Positions 9,979 to 19,984 are shown, counted from the first letter of the stretch. The stretch is 64,000 nt of DNA from Candidatus Bathyarchaeota archaeon (GCA_963780185.1 CAWABA010000001.1:128001-192000), one strand, 5' to 3'. The notes: a model not told the origin generated them from the sequence alone. Made by a program: numbers and translations.

Positions 9979-10503
9979 TTAACTTACGACTTGAATCGGC
10001 AACACACAGAAGTCATACGTAAACTGCCATGAGCCGCCGTTCAAAGAATTGTAACTGTACAGTTCAAAAACAACCCAGTAGCTGCCAACCTGATTTTCAG
10101 TCACCGTGATTGACTGATGCCAGCTTTTCCCATCCGCCAAAGTCGTGTTGTAGGTTGCGGTGGGTTGGGTATTGACTGGGGATGAGTCAAGGTTGCTGGT
10201 TATTTTCACTTGAACTTGGTATTGCACGGTCCACCCCATGTTGTTGATAACTGTAAGCGGTACACTAAAGGTGCTGTTCTGGTTAGCAACCAGAAGCTGC
10301 GGGTAATTCTCCGCTTTGTTCTGTGCATCAAGAAGGTAAATCGTGCTGTACCCTTTCGGCGCGGGTTTGAAGAACACGTAGTAGCCTGCAAGCATCGACG
10401 CAATGATGATTAAGGCCAGAAAGATAGCGACTATGTAGCCTTTATCATCGTTTATGCCTATTTTCTTTCCAATGTTTTTGACAGACTCTAACCGTATCCG
10501 CAT
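9979..10503 (-). CDS. DUF1616-like membrane protein
   Basis: Single TM followed by YSTIYLLD..K.AENYP, and VVFELY near the C-terminus. Confidence 0.7.
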   Translation of the reverse strand: MRIRLESVKNIGKKIGINDDKGYIVAIFLALIIIASMLAGYYVFFKPAPKGYSTIYLLDAQNKAENYPQLLVANQNSTFSVPLTVINNMGWTVQYQVQVKITSNLDSSPVNTQPTATYNTTLADGKSWHQSITVTENQVGSYWVVFELYSYNSLNGGSWQFTYDFCVLPIQVVS

Positions 10504-11182
10504 CTAGAAATCCCTTGAATATAGTGCTAAATATTTCGATACCTGACTTAAATGGTTTAAGCTTGGTCTTGCCGTATATCCGGGGCTTGTAGGTCGTGGG
10601 GATTTCAACCATATTGTACCCAACCTTGGCGAACTGCACCAGCATTTCCGTGGCAAACGCCATGTCCCCTTCTACCAGCGGCACGTTGTCAATGCATTCG
10701 TGTGATATTGCTCGGAAACCTGATTGGGTGTCGCTGAGTATTTGGCTGTAGAAGAAGTCGTAAACCATTGTTATGATTTTGTTTCCGATGAAGTTGGTGA
10801 ATCCCATCGCTTTTTTCGGGTCGAACATGCGGGTGGCTAAAACCATGTCCGCGTCCTTCTCAAGCATCCGCTCAACTAAGCGGTTGATGTGTTTTACTTC
10901 GTAGGTTCCGTCACCGTCAACCATAACGATGATGTTTCCCTTCGCGTTTTTCATGCCTGTCCGCAAGGCTATTCCGTAGCCGCGTCTTGGCTCAATAATT
11001 AGCCTGCAAAAATTTGTGTCTTTAACAAGTTCCATTGTTCCGTCGGTGGAGTTGCCGTCGACAACGATGATTTCGTTGGGGTACGCTAACTCTTTGTGGA
11101 TAGTGTTGACTGCCTCAAGTATGTTTCCTGCTTCGTTAAGTGTCGGAATGACCACCGAAACCATTTCGACTTTTGATGTCAT
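10445..11182 (-). CDS. GT2 glycosyltransferase, Dol-P-sugar synthase-like
   Basis: SVVIPTLNE, VVDGNSTDGT, RRGYG, MVDGDGTY and DTQSGFRA. Likely start is MTSKVEM. Confidence 0.9.
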   Translation of the reverse strand: MTSKVEMVSVVIPTLNEAGNILEAVNTIHKELAYPNEIIVVDGNSTDGTMELVKDTNFCRLIIEPRRGYGIALRTGMKNAKGNIIVMVDGDGTYEVKHINRLVERMLEKDADMVLATRMFDPKKAMGFTNFIGNKIITMVYDFFYSQILSDTQSGFRAISHECIDNVPLVEGDMAFATEMLVQFAKVGYNMVEIPTTYKPRIYGKTKLKPFKSGIEIFSTIFKGFLDADTVRVCQKHWKENRHKR

Positions 11183-11226
11183 AGCTAAACTTTCCCTGCG
11201 AAGGCTATACTGTTTCCACATCTTGG

Positions 11227-12384
11227 TTAAATAAGCTCTTCGTATATTTCCACGAGACGTTCAACGTTTCTGTCCCAGCTGTATTTTTCTTCAACCGCAG
11301 CTCGAAGCTCCGGCTTACGAGAAGATAAATCATCACTTGAATATTCAAAGATTGCTTTCGCCATAGGCTCAGGCTGGTTGGGCGGCACAAGAGCACCGAA
11401 GTCATCAGTCAAGATTTCGCGGATTCCGCCAACGTCCGTGGCTACAACTGGCAAGCCGCAAGCCATGGCTTCCAGCGCAACCAAAGGCAAACCTTCCCCG
11501 GATTTAGATGGCAACACAAAAAAGTCAGCCGCGTTATAGCAAAACGGCAAATCCTCATCGCTGACAAACCCGGCAAGCCGAAAGTTCTTTTCTATCCCTA
11601 ACTCCCGAATTCTGGTTTGAACGCCGTTTTGGTCGGGTCCTTTTCCAACGACGAGGAAAACAACGTTCGGGTTCTTTTTGATGGCGAGGTTTGCGCTTTC
11701 AATAAGGGTGTCGATGCCGTTCTTGTAAACCAGACGCCTCACAGTTATCGCTACCTTTGCGCTCTTCGGAATCCCAAATTTAGCTCGCATTTCCTCCCGT
11801 TTTCCCGGCAGATGCCTGAAATGCTCCAAGTCAACGCCGTTGTGGAGGACTTTGATTTTGTCTGGTTTTGCACCTAAGCTTAGGACGTACTCTTTAGTCG
11901 CGTTGCTTACAGTAATTATTCTGTCAGCTTCCCTGAGTGTCTCTTTCCCAACGGCTAGGTCGTTGAGGCGCTCGACGTTGTCAAACATGCTGTCGTACTG
12001 GATGAACGTGTTATGCTGGGTTAAAACGAAGGGCTTGTGGTATCTTTTGGCAAGTTTAGCGGCGATAAGCGAGGTTAGGTAGGGGTGACCGTGCGCGTGG
12101 ACTATGTCGCTGCCTTTTACGGCGCTGAGGAAGGTTCCAAGGCTTGTCGGCGTCGGGATAGAGTAGGGTATGCCGAGGCGGAAGCCCGTGTTTAGAGACT
12201 CATAGCATTCGACAGGTATGCCATCAACTACGTAGGTTTTTGGGGTGTCGATGCGGTTTGTAACAACCGTGGGTTTAAAGTTCAGGTTCATCAGCCGTTT
12301 GCTCTGTTCATAAACAACCCTTTCTATCCCGCCAACATGGGGCAGAAAAGTATGCGTAACAATGCACAGCCTTGTTTGAACCAT
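11227..12384 (-). CDS. GT4 family glycosyltransferase
   Basis: FLPHVGGIE, LHNGVD and ADFFVLPSKSGEGLPLVALEAMACGLPVV. Start placed at MVQTRL. Confidence 0.9.
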   Translation of the reverse strand: MVQTRLCIVTHTFLPHVGGIERVVYEQSKRLMNLNFKPTVVTNRIDTPKTYVVDGIPVECYESLNTGFRLGIPYSIPTPTSLGTFLSAVKGSDIVHAHGHPYLTSLIAAKLAKRYHKPFVLTQHNTFIQYDSMFDNVERLNDLAVGKETLREADRIITVSNATKEYVLSLGAKPDKIKVLHNGVDLEHFRHLPGKREEMRAKFGIPKSAKVAITVRRLVYKNGIDTLIESANLAIKKNPNVVFLVVGKGPDQNGVQTRIRELGIEKNFRLAGFVSDEDLPFCYNAADFFVLPSKSGEGLPLVALEAMACGLPVVATDVGGIREILTDDFGALVPPNQPEPMAKAIFEYSSDDLSSRKPELRAAVEEKYSWDRNVERLVEIYEELI

Positions 12385-12733
12385 GGAGCCCAACAGCGTA
12401 AACTCCCAGCCAACATACGATAATAAGCTTTCTGGTAAATCTGCAGACAAGTGTTGCCGTCGGGAAATTTCAAATGGAAACATTTAATTGAAATCGGCGT
12501 TTTGCATCGAATTTTTTCTTGTATGTTTGTTGGCTGCTTAAACCGTAATGCTTATATGAAAAGGTTGGATAAACCAACCAAACATGGAATTGATAATTTG
12601 CTGAACATCGAGAAAAAATCGCTTGTTCGAGTCAAACTTCTATCGAAGGGCAAGTTATCTGCATATTTGACTGCCAAAACCCTATTTAGTTGTTCACCCG
12701 TTTCTGGACTTTTTCCCCTTCAATCGTTTGCAA

Positions 12734-12783
12734 GTCACGTTCACCTTAAACCCGCACGGAATTCGGGGTTGAGGGTGAAGGAC
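12734..12783 (+). promoter_or_regulatory. Leader stem-loop next to the Shine-Dalgarno of the cobamide operon
   Basis: TTCACCTTAAACCCG...CGGGGTTGAGGGTGAA pairs with G-U wobbles and is closed by GTC/GAC. It ends about 6 nt before GGGAGG. Confidence 0.4.
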
Positions 12784-12804
12784 ATTTAGGGAGGACAAAA
12801 TGAA

Positions 12805-13492
12805 ATGAAAGTTGTTGCTTCTTGGAGCGGCGGCAAAGACAGCTGCCTACGCATATTACTTGGCAACCCAGCAAGGCTGCGAAGTAGTCAAAATCTTGAC
12901 CATGATGATGAGCAAAGAAAAATCAAACTTCCACATGATACCAGCAGGCATCCTTGACGCCCAATCCGACGCAATAGGCATTCCCATAGTGAAACAGCAG
13001 GCAACTCCAAAAACCTACGAAGATGACTTCAAAGCTGCGCTGCGACAGTTCAAAGCCGAAGGCGCCGAAGGCTTAGTCACAGGCGACATCTACGAGGTAT
13101 CGGGGCATGAAGAGGGTTGGCTGGGCAGGGTACTTAAAGAAGTCGGGTTGAAACCGATTAAGCCGCTGTGGATGCTTGACACGAAGCAGATTTACCTAGA
13201 CTACTTAAAAACGGGTTTCAAAGCCACGGTGGTTCGCACTAACCTGGAGAAGCTGGGCGTGGAGTGGCTTGGGAGGGTGCTGGACAGAAAATTCTACGAC
13301 GACATCCTCAAACTCGGCAACGTTGACCCATGCGGCGAAGGCGGCGAATACCACACCGTCATCACGGATGGACCCACGTTTAAGAAAAAGATTGAAATCC
13401 TAGAAACACAAAAGCACAAGCTAGACGGCGGCTTCGGATGCCTCGAAATCAAAAGGTTCGAAGTCAAGCCGAAAGGCAAGGGTAAAGCGTAG
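12805..13492 (+). CDS. DUF71/Dph6-like PP-loop ATP pyrophosphatase, B12-associated group (frameshift near 12848)
   Basis: ATG at 12805 gives MKVVASWSGGKDSC, then shifts into the ORF with VTGDI and DPCGEGGEYHT. Lies directly upstream of cobT. Confidence 0.85.
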
Positions 13493-13493
13493 A

Positions 13494-14595
13494 ATGGACC
13501 AATCACTCGACGTAATAATCGCGAATAACGAGTTGAAAGCGAAGGCTTTCCTCGACGAAATCTCAGGCAAAAACCCTCTTTTCATCTGCACAATAGCAAC
13601 AACTGAAACCGGCAAAATCGCGGGAATATCTGCGGCTGGTGCGAACCCTGAGTTCACGGATTATACTCCTCCCGCCGATGCTGAATTGCTCCTTCTTGGC
13701 AGATGCAAATCCATCAGCGGCGTCCCCATAACTCCTGACGGTATCCCCACGCCTGGGTTGATCACAAGGTCTGCTCTGCAGCTTGCCGACATTCCCGTGT
13801 TGATTGCCAGCGGCGGCGTTGAGGATAAAGCCGCAGATTCCCTTTTTGGATTTAGGCGGAAGTCCCGGCAGAGACATTCGAAGCGGCAACGCAGTTGACA
13901 ATGTTGCGGAAGTTATTGAACGAGCAAAGACTGCGGGGAAAAACCTCGCGAAAGCTGTGGATTACCTTGTGATTGGCGAGAGCATCCCCGGTGGGACAAC
14001 AACCGCGCTTGGCGTGTTGTCGGCGCTGGGTGTGAAGGCGGAGGGAAAAGTAAGCAGCACCTTGCCCAACAATCCCCATAGCTTGAAGGCTGAGACGGTT
14101 CGGGCGGGTTTGGCGGCTGCAGGCGAACGTTTCGGCAGTTTAGCCAAAGACCCTGTTAAGGCTATCTCCTGCGTTGGCGATCCGATGATGGCAGCGTTTA
14201 CAGGTTTGGTTGTCGGCGCGGCGGGGCAGGTTCCTGTTTTGATGGCGGGTGGAACGCAGATGAGCGCTGTTTTAGCCCTCATTAATGCTTTGCAGCCCGA
14301 TGTTCTCTGCAACGTGGCGGTTGGCACGACCCGGTGGGTTGCAAAGGACAAGTCGTCTGACCTCAAAGGCATAGTGAAGCAGTTCTGTGATGTGCCGATT
14401 TTAGCCGCGGACCTGAACTTTGGCGGTTCACGTTTCCCAGGGCTGCAAATTTATGAGACTGGTTTGGTGAAGGAAGGGGTGGGCGCAGGCGGCGCTTCAA
14501 TTGCGGCGATGGCTAAGCTTGGCGGCGCTGTGACGGCTGACCTATTGCTTAAAGAGATAGAGCGCAATTATGGTTTGCTGATGGGTTTGAAGTGA
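13494..14595 (+). CDS. cobT: Archaeal NaMN:lower-base phosphoribosyltransferase (frameshift near 13820)
   Basis: GISAAGA...YTPPADAELL and PTPGLIT in the first frame; GESIPGGTTTA, MAGGTQM and VKEGVGAGG in the second. Confidence 0.9.
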
Positions 14596-14596
14596 G

Positions 14597-15370
14597 ATGG
14601 TTATTAAAGAGCTCAAGAACCTTCTGTCTTTCCTCACAATCTTTCCCGTAGCAATGGACAAGGACATGCTTACTGACTGCGCAAAAGGCATGTGGACTTT
14701 TCCGCTTATCGGCGCTTTCCTCGGTTTAATTGCAGGAGTTTTCGGCTGGGTAGCTGACCAATTTGTGCCAGGCATCGTTGTGGGCGCTTTGGTCTTGGCG
14801 GTTCTGCTGCTTATAACTGGGCTTCACCACACGGACGGGCTGCTGGATTTCGGCGACGGCGTCATGGCTCACGGCACACCCCAACACAAAATTGAGGTTA
14901 TGCATGACCAGCTAACAGGCGCAGGCGGCTTATCGTTGGGCATCATGACGATGCTGATTACCGCTTTAGCTATCGGGCAAATCAGCGGCAACGGACTCTT
15001 CAAAATCCCTCTAATCGTCGGCGGCATCATCGCCGTTGAGGCTTCAGCTAAGCTTTCGATGACCGTGATGGCTTGGGCTGGAAAATCGGTTCATCAAGGC
15101 ATGAACTCATCGTTCCTCGAAGCCATGAGCGGCAGCAAAGGCACCCTGCGTTTGGTCGCTGCGCTGGTGCTTTCTTTCGCGGTGGCTTTGCCTCTGCTGG
15201 GTTGGGCAGGCGCCTTCGTCGTTTTAACGGCTGTGGTTACGAGTTTGGTGATGGTTGCAGTTGCCCACAGAAACTTCGGCGGGGTCACAGGCGACGTTTT
15301 CGGAGCCACAAACGAGATAACCCGAATGGTCTGCGTGATTGTTTTGTTGGCGGTGGCTGCTTGGGCGTAA
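14597..15370 (+). CDS. cobS: Adenosylcobinamide-GDP ribazoletransferase (cobamide synthase)
   Basis: TGLHHTDGLLDFGDG, VMHDQLTGAGG and FGGVTGDVFGATNE; in an operon with cobT. Confidence 0.9.
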   Translation: MVIKELKNLLSFLTIFPVAMDKDMLTDCAKGMWTFPLIGAFLGLIAGVFGWVADQFVPGIVVGALVLAVLLLITGLHHTDGLLDFGDGVMAHGTPQHKIEVMHDQLTGAGGLSLGIMTMLITALAIGQISGNGLFKIPLIVGGIIAVEASAKLSMTVMAWAGKSVHQGMNSSFLEAMSGSKGTLRLVAALVLSFAVALPLLGWAGAFVVLTAVVTSLVMVAVAHRNFGGVTGDVFGATNEITRMVCVIVLLAVAAWA

Positions 15371-15980
15371 CTGCGCTTGTGATGGCTGGCGGCAAAGGAA
15401 CCCGCATGCAAATCCGCGAGGAAAAACCCTTAATCAAAGTCTGCGGCAAACCCGTTATCGAATACGTGATTGCGGCGTTGCAGCACGCAAAGAAAATCAA
15501 CCGCATCATCGTGGCAACAAGTGCATGTACGCCTAAAACCGCCCATCACCTGAGCAGCTTTCCCGTGCAGGTGGTTGAGACGCCTGGGCAAAGACTATGT
15601 TTCGGACATGGGCTATGCGAGCCAAAACCTCAAACTCGGCGTTTTCTTAGCTATCGCGGCTGATTTGCCTTTGGTCACGGGCGAAGTGCTCGACGCAATT
15701 GTTGAACGTTACGAATGCTGCGGCAAACCCGCGTTGACCGTTGCGGTTCCCCTCGAAACTAAAGAGGCGGCTCGGAATGAGCGTAGAGTACTCGTTTAAG
15801 ATGGATGATAAAGACGTGGTTCCCGTCGGCATCAACGTGATTGACGGTCGCAAACGGTACGGCGACGAATGGCTCGACCAAGACATCTACCTGCTGGACC
15901 TAGAAGAACTCGCAGTCAACATCAACACCGTGCATGAGCTGCAACTCGCCGAACATTTACTTGCCAATCGGAAACAATGA
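15361..15980 (+). CDS. cobY: GTP:adenosylcobinamide-phosphate guanylyltransferase (two frameshifts, near 15590 and 15760)
   Basis: MGVTALVMAGGKGTRM..EKPL, AADLPL, VGINVIDG and NINTVHEL are spread over three frames. Confidence 0.85.
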
Positions 15981-15984
15981 CTTT

Positions 15985-16074
15985 TTAGTTTTTTGAAGAT
16001 TTACTTTCCAGCACTTCCTTGAGCGTTTCTTTCATTTTCCGAGCGTCGATGTCCAGAATCGGGGATTCATGGAT
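15985..16074 (-). pseudogene. Orphan 3'-end relic of the EndoIV-like gene
   Basis: Translates as IHESPILDIDARKMKETLKEVLESKSSKN*, versus ICESPVLDIDARKMKETLTKVLKERL... at the end of the 16744-17633 gene. Confidence 0.85.
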
Positions 16075-16273
16075 CAAGGCTTGTTAGCTAATGAAAGAGA
16101 GTAAATCCCTTTTGGGAGTCCATTGTCAATAGTTTCGGGTTGGTGGTGATAGTGGTGGTAATGGTCACAATAATGCTTTTAATCTGGGGTAAATGAATAA
16201 ACAGATGTGGTATGAGTTGGGCAATCAATATGATGGGAAGACTTAAAAGAAAGAATACATTATTAAGATTTAG

Positions 16274-16582
16274 ATGTTAAATATGCCTGTCAAAAGCATA
16301 GACGAGAAAAAACTCAATCTGATCGATGCATCAGAAGTCCCACCCGGAAGGATAAGAGTCACAAGATGGCAAGTTATTTTTGATGAGATTCCTGCGGGAA
16401 AGGCTTGGGTTGTTACTGAGAAAGAGATTAGTTTCACAGCTGTTAGATGTTCTCTTTATGAGCTTCAACGTAAAGGTCAATTTAAGAATCTTGCCGCGCG
16501 TAAGGTCAAGGAACCTGACGGTTCCTACAGGCTATACGTGATCAATACAACCGAGGTAAAACAAAAGAAGTTAGCAGTATAG
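16274..16582 (+). CDS. Hypothetical 102-aa basic protein (cargo)
   Basis: Clean AT-rich ORF with an AT-rich upstream region, lying between two copies of the EndoIV-like 3' end. Confidence 0.65.
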   Translation: MLNMPVKSIDEKKLNLIDASEVPPGRIRVTRWQVIFDEIPAGKAWVVTEKEISFTAVRCSLYELQRKGQFKNLAARKVKEPDGSYRLYVINTTEVKQKKLAV

Positions 16583-16743
16583 TAACGGTAATCTCGGAAA
16601 CGGATGAGCGCCCAAACTGGTTGCGCCACATCTCGCGAATGCGGCGAGCAGGATTGAGATGGTTCACTCGATGTTCTCCGCTTTCGAGACTACCTTACAA
16701 CTTACTATTATCTTTTGTAATCAGTTATAAAGCAAGTGCTCCT

Positions 16744-17633
16744 TCATTGCTTCATGCTTTTAAAAATGAGTCTTTCCTTTAGAACTTTCGTGAGCGTTTC
16801 CTTCATCTTCCTCGCGTCAATATCCAAGACCGGCGACTCGCAAATCATTGTCGGATGCATCTGGAAATCCGCGATAACTTCAGCCAGCATGCGGAAGTCT
16901 GGACCGTACTCTTCCTCGTCAAGGGTGTGATGTTTTTTTTCGCCTTGGGCGCTGTACTCGATTTTTGAGAAGTGACAATGCATGCTGCGCATCGCTTCAG
17001 TGCCGAGCCTCTCTTCGACTTTTTCCGCGATTGCCCTGAAATCCTCAGTTTTCTTCAAGGTCCCTTGGTGGAGGGCATGCAGGTGTGCCCAGTCAACGAC
17101 GAGTTGTGTGTCTTCGATTTCTTGGTTGAGCGTTAGGATTTCGTCTATGCTGCCGACTTGGAATTTTCTTCCCATGGTTTCGGGACCCAGCTTCACTTGA
17201 AGCCGAGGCTTCGCATTTCGGCGCTGACTTCTTTGAGTGCTTTGAGGCAGGTTTTGAAGGCGAAGTCTTTTTCGAATTTTCCGTGAAATCCCGTGTGGAA
17301 AACCATGACGTAAGCTCCCATCCAGTCCGCTGCGGTTGCAGAAGCGATTAGCCGCCGTTTGCTGGCTTCCACAACGTCGGGTTTGCCTGCGAAGTTGATG
17401 AAGTAGGAGCCGTGGAGGCTAAGCCGAACGTCGCTTTGTTTTGCAGCTTCCCCCAGCTTTATGGCGAGGTCTCTTGAAATCTGCGGTTTTGGACCCCAAC
17501 GCACTGCCTCGTACTCCAACGCATCCAAGCCTTCTTCACGCAGCAGTTTGGGCACGTCGGGCAAGTCTGCTCCCATAAGCCGAAACATCGGCGGCACGCC
17601 TGCGGGTCCAAAACGGGTACGCTCAGCCATCAA
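16744..17633 (-). CDS. Endonuclease IV-like TIM-barrel protein (frameshift near 17195)
   Basis: RFGPAG, SLHGSYFINF, VFHTGF, GPETMG, VDWAHLHA, HCHFS, EKKH and ICESP metal-ligand motifs across two ORFs. Confidence 0.85.
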
Positions 17634-17678
17634 ATCCCATCCTTCTCTTTTGGGTGGTCAATAAAGATTCCTTAACCG

Positions 17679-18035
17679 TTAAGTAACTATTCTTATTCTC
17701 TTTTTGCTGATAATAATTAGCTTGTTTCTTATTTCTTTGAGATCAATTTTTTGTTGAGCAATATTCAGAGTCTCTATGATATTTTCAGGAGTAGCAGGTT
17801 TTGCTCTTATGATTATTACCGTAATTTTATCTTTTTTGAAAGTCCGATAGATTTGTGAGAAGTCTTTATCCATGGTAATAATTGCTAAGTGGTTTTTTAA
17901 CGCGAATTGAGCTATAGCGAGGTCTTTGGTTCCTTTAAGAGGTGTTTGAGAGACACGTATAAGATCAAAGCCTTTCTTCAAAAGCCACTCTACGGCGTCT
18001 CTCGGAAGGCTTTCATCAACTATTAGCTGTGGCAA
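17679..18035 (-). CDS. DUF5615 PIN-like toxin (VapC45 type)
   Basis: LIVDESLP, D..I and IITMDKDF motifs. Downstream of DUF433; AT-rich. Confidence 0.8.
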   Translation of the reverse strand: MPQLIVDESLPRDAVEWLLKKGFDLIRVSQTPLKGTKDLAIAQFALKNHLAIITMDKDFSQIYRTFKKDKITVIIIRAKPATPENIIETLNIAQQKIDLKEIRNKLIIISKKRIRIVT

Positions 18036-18051
18036 ATGTACGCAAGCTCTT

Positions 18052-18288
18052 TTACAATGTAATTGTCTCTTCGTTTTGCAAACATTTTGAGGCATAAAGA
18101 AGAGAGGCTTTGATGTCTTCACTTTTAATCGAAGGGTATTGCCTAAGAACTTCTTTTTCCGTCAAGCCATTACCGAGAAGTTCAATGATTAGATAAACTG
18201 GGATGCGTGTTCCCTTTATTACGGGTTTTCCAGCGAGGATTTCAGGGTCAATTACTATTCTGTCCATGACTTCTTCCATGAAATTCAT
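18052..18288 (-). CDS. DUF433 antitoxin
   Basis: IVIDPEILAGKPVIKGTRIPV...YPSI..EDI.A.L.YA. Confidence 0.9.
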   Translation of the reverse strand: MNFMEEVMDRIVIDPEILAGKPVIKGTRIPVYLIIELLGNGLTEKEVLRQYPSIKSEDIKASLLYASKCLQNEETITL

Positions 18289-18379
18289 CTTTCCTATCCA
18301 ACAGTTTTCCCGTTGATACTATTTAATGCTTGCAATAAATTTCAATTTTTCCCAGCAAATCTACAGCGTATGACGCTCA

Positions 18380-19163
18380 TTAGAGGAGATGGACGATTGT
18401 TGGGATGGGCACGTATAGGCGGATGTAGACGGATGCGACTATGATTCCGATGGTGATTGCCAGCAGGGCGTAGTCTCCTTTGTGGAGTTTTAGCGAGTAG
18501 AGGTTGGTGCGTTTTTTGGTTGCTCCCCAAGCTCGAGCTCTCCATCGCCTCCGCCAACTCGAGGCTTCTTCGGATCGCGCTGACGATAAGCGGGATAAGC
18601 ACGGGAATGTAGTTTCTAATCCGCTTCATCAAGCCGCCTTTCTCCAGCTCCAGTCCCCTGGCTTTTTGAGCATCCATAATCGTCTGGGCTTCCTCCGCCA
18701 GCACGGGCACGAAGCGGACTGCGGTGGTGAATGCGAAGGCGAATTCGTAGGGCACCCGCGATTCCTCCAGCGCCAAGCCCAGATGGTCTGGCGAGGTGGT
18801 TAGGAAGAAAACCGAGAAGGATTCTACAAGCACCACGAAACGCAGGGTCAAAGCCACCGCGCTTTCCACGGCAGGCGGCGTTACCTTGTAGCCTGCGTAG
18901 AAGAATGATGTGCCGACGTTGACGGCGAAGATGACTACTGCCAAGAAGGCGGCTCCCCGCAGGGAACGAAGCCACTGCCGCTGCACACGCGCAAGCAGCA
19001 CGAAGGGGATTTGCAGTACAAATAGGAAGAGCAGGGGGATGATTTGGGAGAAGATGATTGCGACGCTGAAGACGGCTATGACGTAGACGAATTTTACTCT
19101 GGGGTCCAAGTTGTGGATTGGAGAGTAAACTTTTCGGAACTTTAAGCCGTCGAAAACGCTCAT
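18380..19163 (-). CDS. ecfT: ECF transporter T component (frameshift near 18535)
   Basis: IHNLDPRVK, RFVP, IMDAQKARG and LAEAMES. The shifted frame continues RAWGATKKRT... to TAA at 18380. Confidence 0.85.
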
Positions 19164-19984
19164 CGCTGTTTGCTCTCCTTGGCTTTGAGGATTATTTTTT
19201 CTGCTTCGTAAATGTCAATGACGTTTTTGGGGAACCCCAGCGGCGACAGCTTCGAGAAGACCTGCGCTATCTGAGGAAGAACAATCGAGGACTCCGCCAG
19301 AATCTGCGGGTTCGTCAGGATGTCTTTTCCTGAGCCTTCAGCAACGATTTTTCCTTCCTTCATCAAAACAACGCGGGGGTTGCATTCCGCGACGAACTCC
19401 ACGTCATGGGTAACTATTACTACGGTTTTTCCCTGCGACTGCATCTGCAAAATGAACTGGGTTAGCTTCTCTTTCTGCTCGTGGTCTTGCCCGATGGTGG
19501 GTTCATCCAGAATCAGCGTCTGCGGGTTCCATGCCAAAACCGAAGCCAACGCGACTCGTTTTCGTTCGCCTCCGCTTAAGAGGAAAGGCGACGTTTTGCG
19601 GTACTGCGTAAGTGACAGAAGCTCCAGAGCCCACGTTACCCTTTTCTCAACTACGTCTGGGGTGAACCCGAAGTTTTTGAGAGCAAACGCGATTTCTTCT
19701 TCGACGGTTTCGCTGAAAAGTTGATGGTCAGGGTTCTGGAACACAAAGCCGACGTTTCTTGCGAGTGTTGCGACGCTTGTTTTGGTTGTTTCAACCCCGT
19801 CCACAAGCACTTTTCCAGATGTTGGTTTCAGTAGGCCGTTGAAGTGTTTGACGAAGGTTGATTTTCCCGCCCCGTTTTGCCCCATTACCGCCAGGAACTC
19901 GCCGTCTTTTATGGTTATAGAGACGCCTTTGAGGGCTTCTACCTTGTTAGCGTAAGAGAAGTGAACGTCTTGTGCCTCAATCAT
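19160..19984 (-). CDS. ecfA: ECF transporter ATPase
   Basis: GQNGAGKST, FQNPDHQLF, LSGGE, LDEPT and VTHD. Confidence 0.9.
   Translation of the reverse strand: MIEAQDVHFSYANKVEALKGVSITIKDGEFLAVMGQNGAGKSTFVKHFNGLLKPTSGKVLVDGVETTKTSVATLARNVGFVFQNPDHQLFSETVEEEIAFALKNFGFTPDVVEKRVTWALELLSLTQYRKTSPFLLSGGERKRVALASVLAWNPQTLILDEPTIGQDHEQKEKLTQFILQMQSQGKTVVIVTHDVEFVAECNPRVVLMKEGKIVAEGSGKDILTNPQILAESSIVLPQIAQVFSKLSPLGFPKNVIDIYEAEKIILKAKESKQR

Noticed and set aside
12451-12789. 112-aa ORF in the divergent intergenic region
   Set aside because: No motif, atypical composition, and it overlaps the likely promoters and the leader hairpin.
16585-16700. Possible tyrosine-recombinase fragment (minus strand HRVNHLNPARRIREMWRNQFG) or structured RNA
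   Set aside because: Similarity is too vague, with no HxxR...H...Y set; the pairing is weak.
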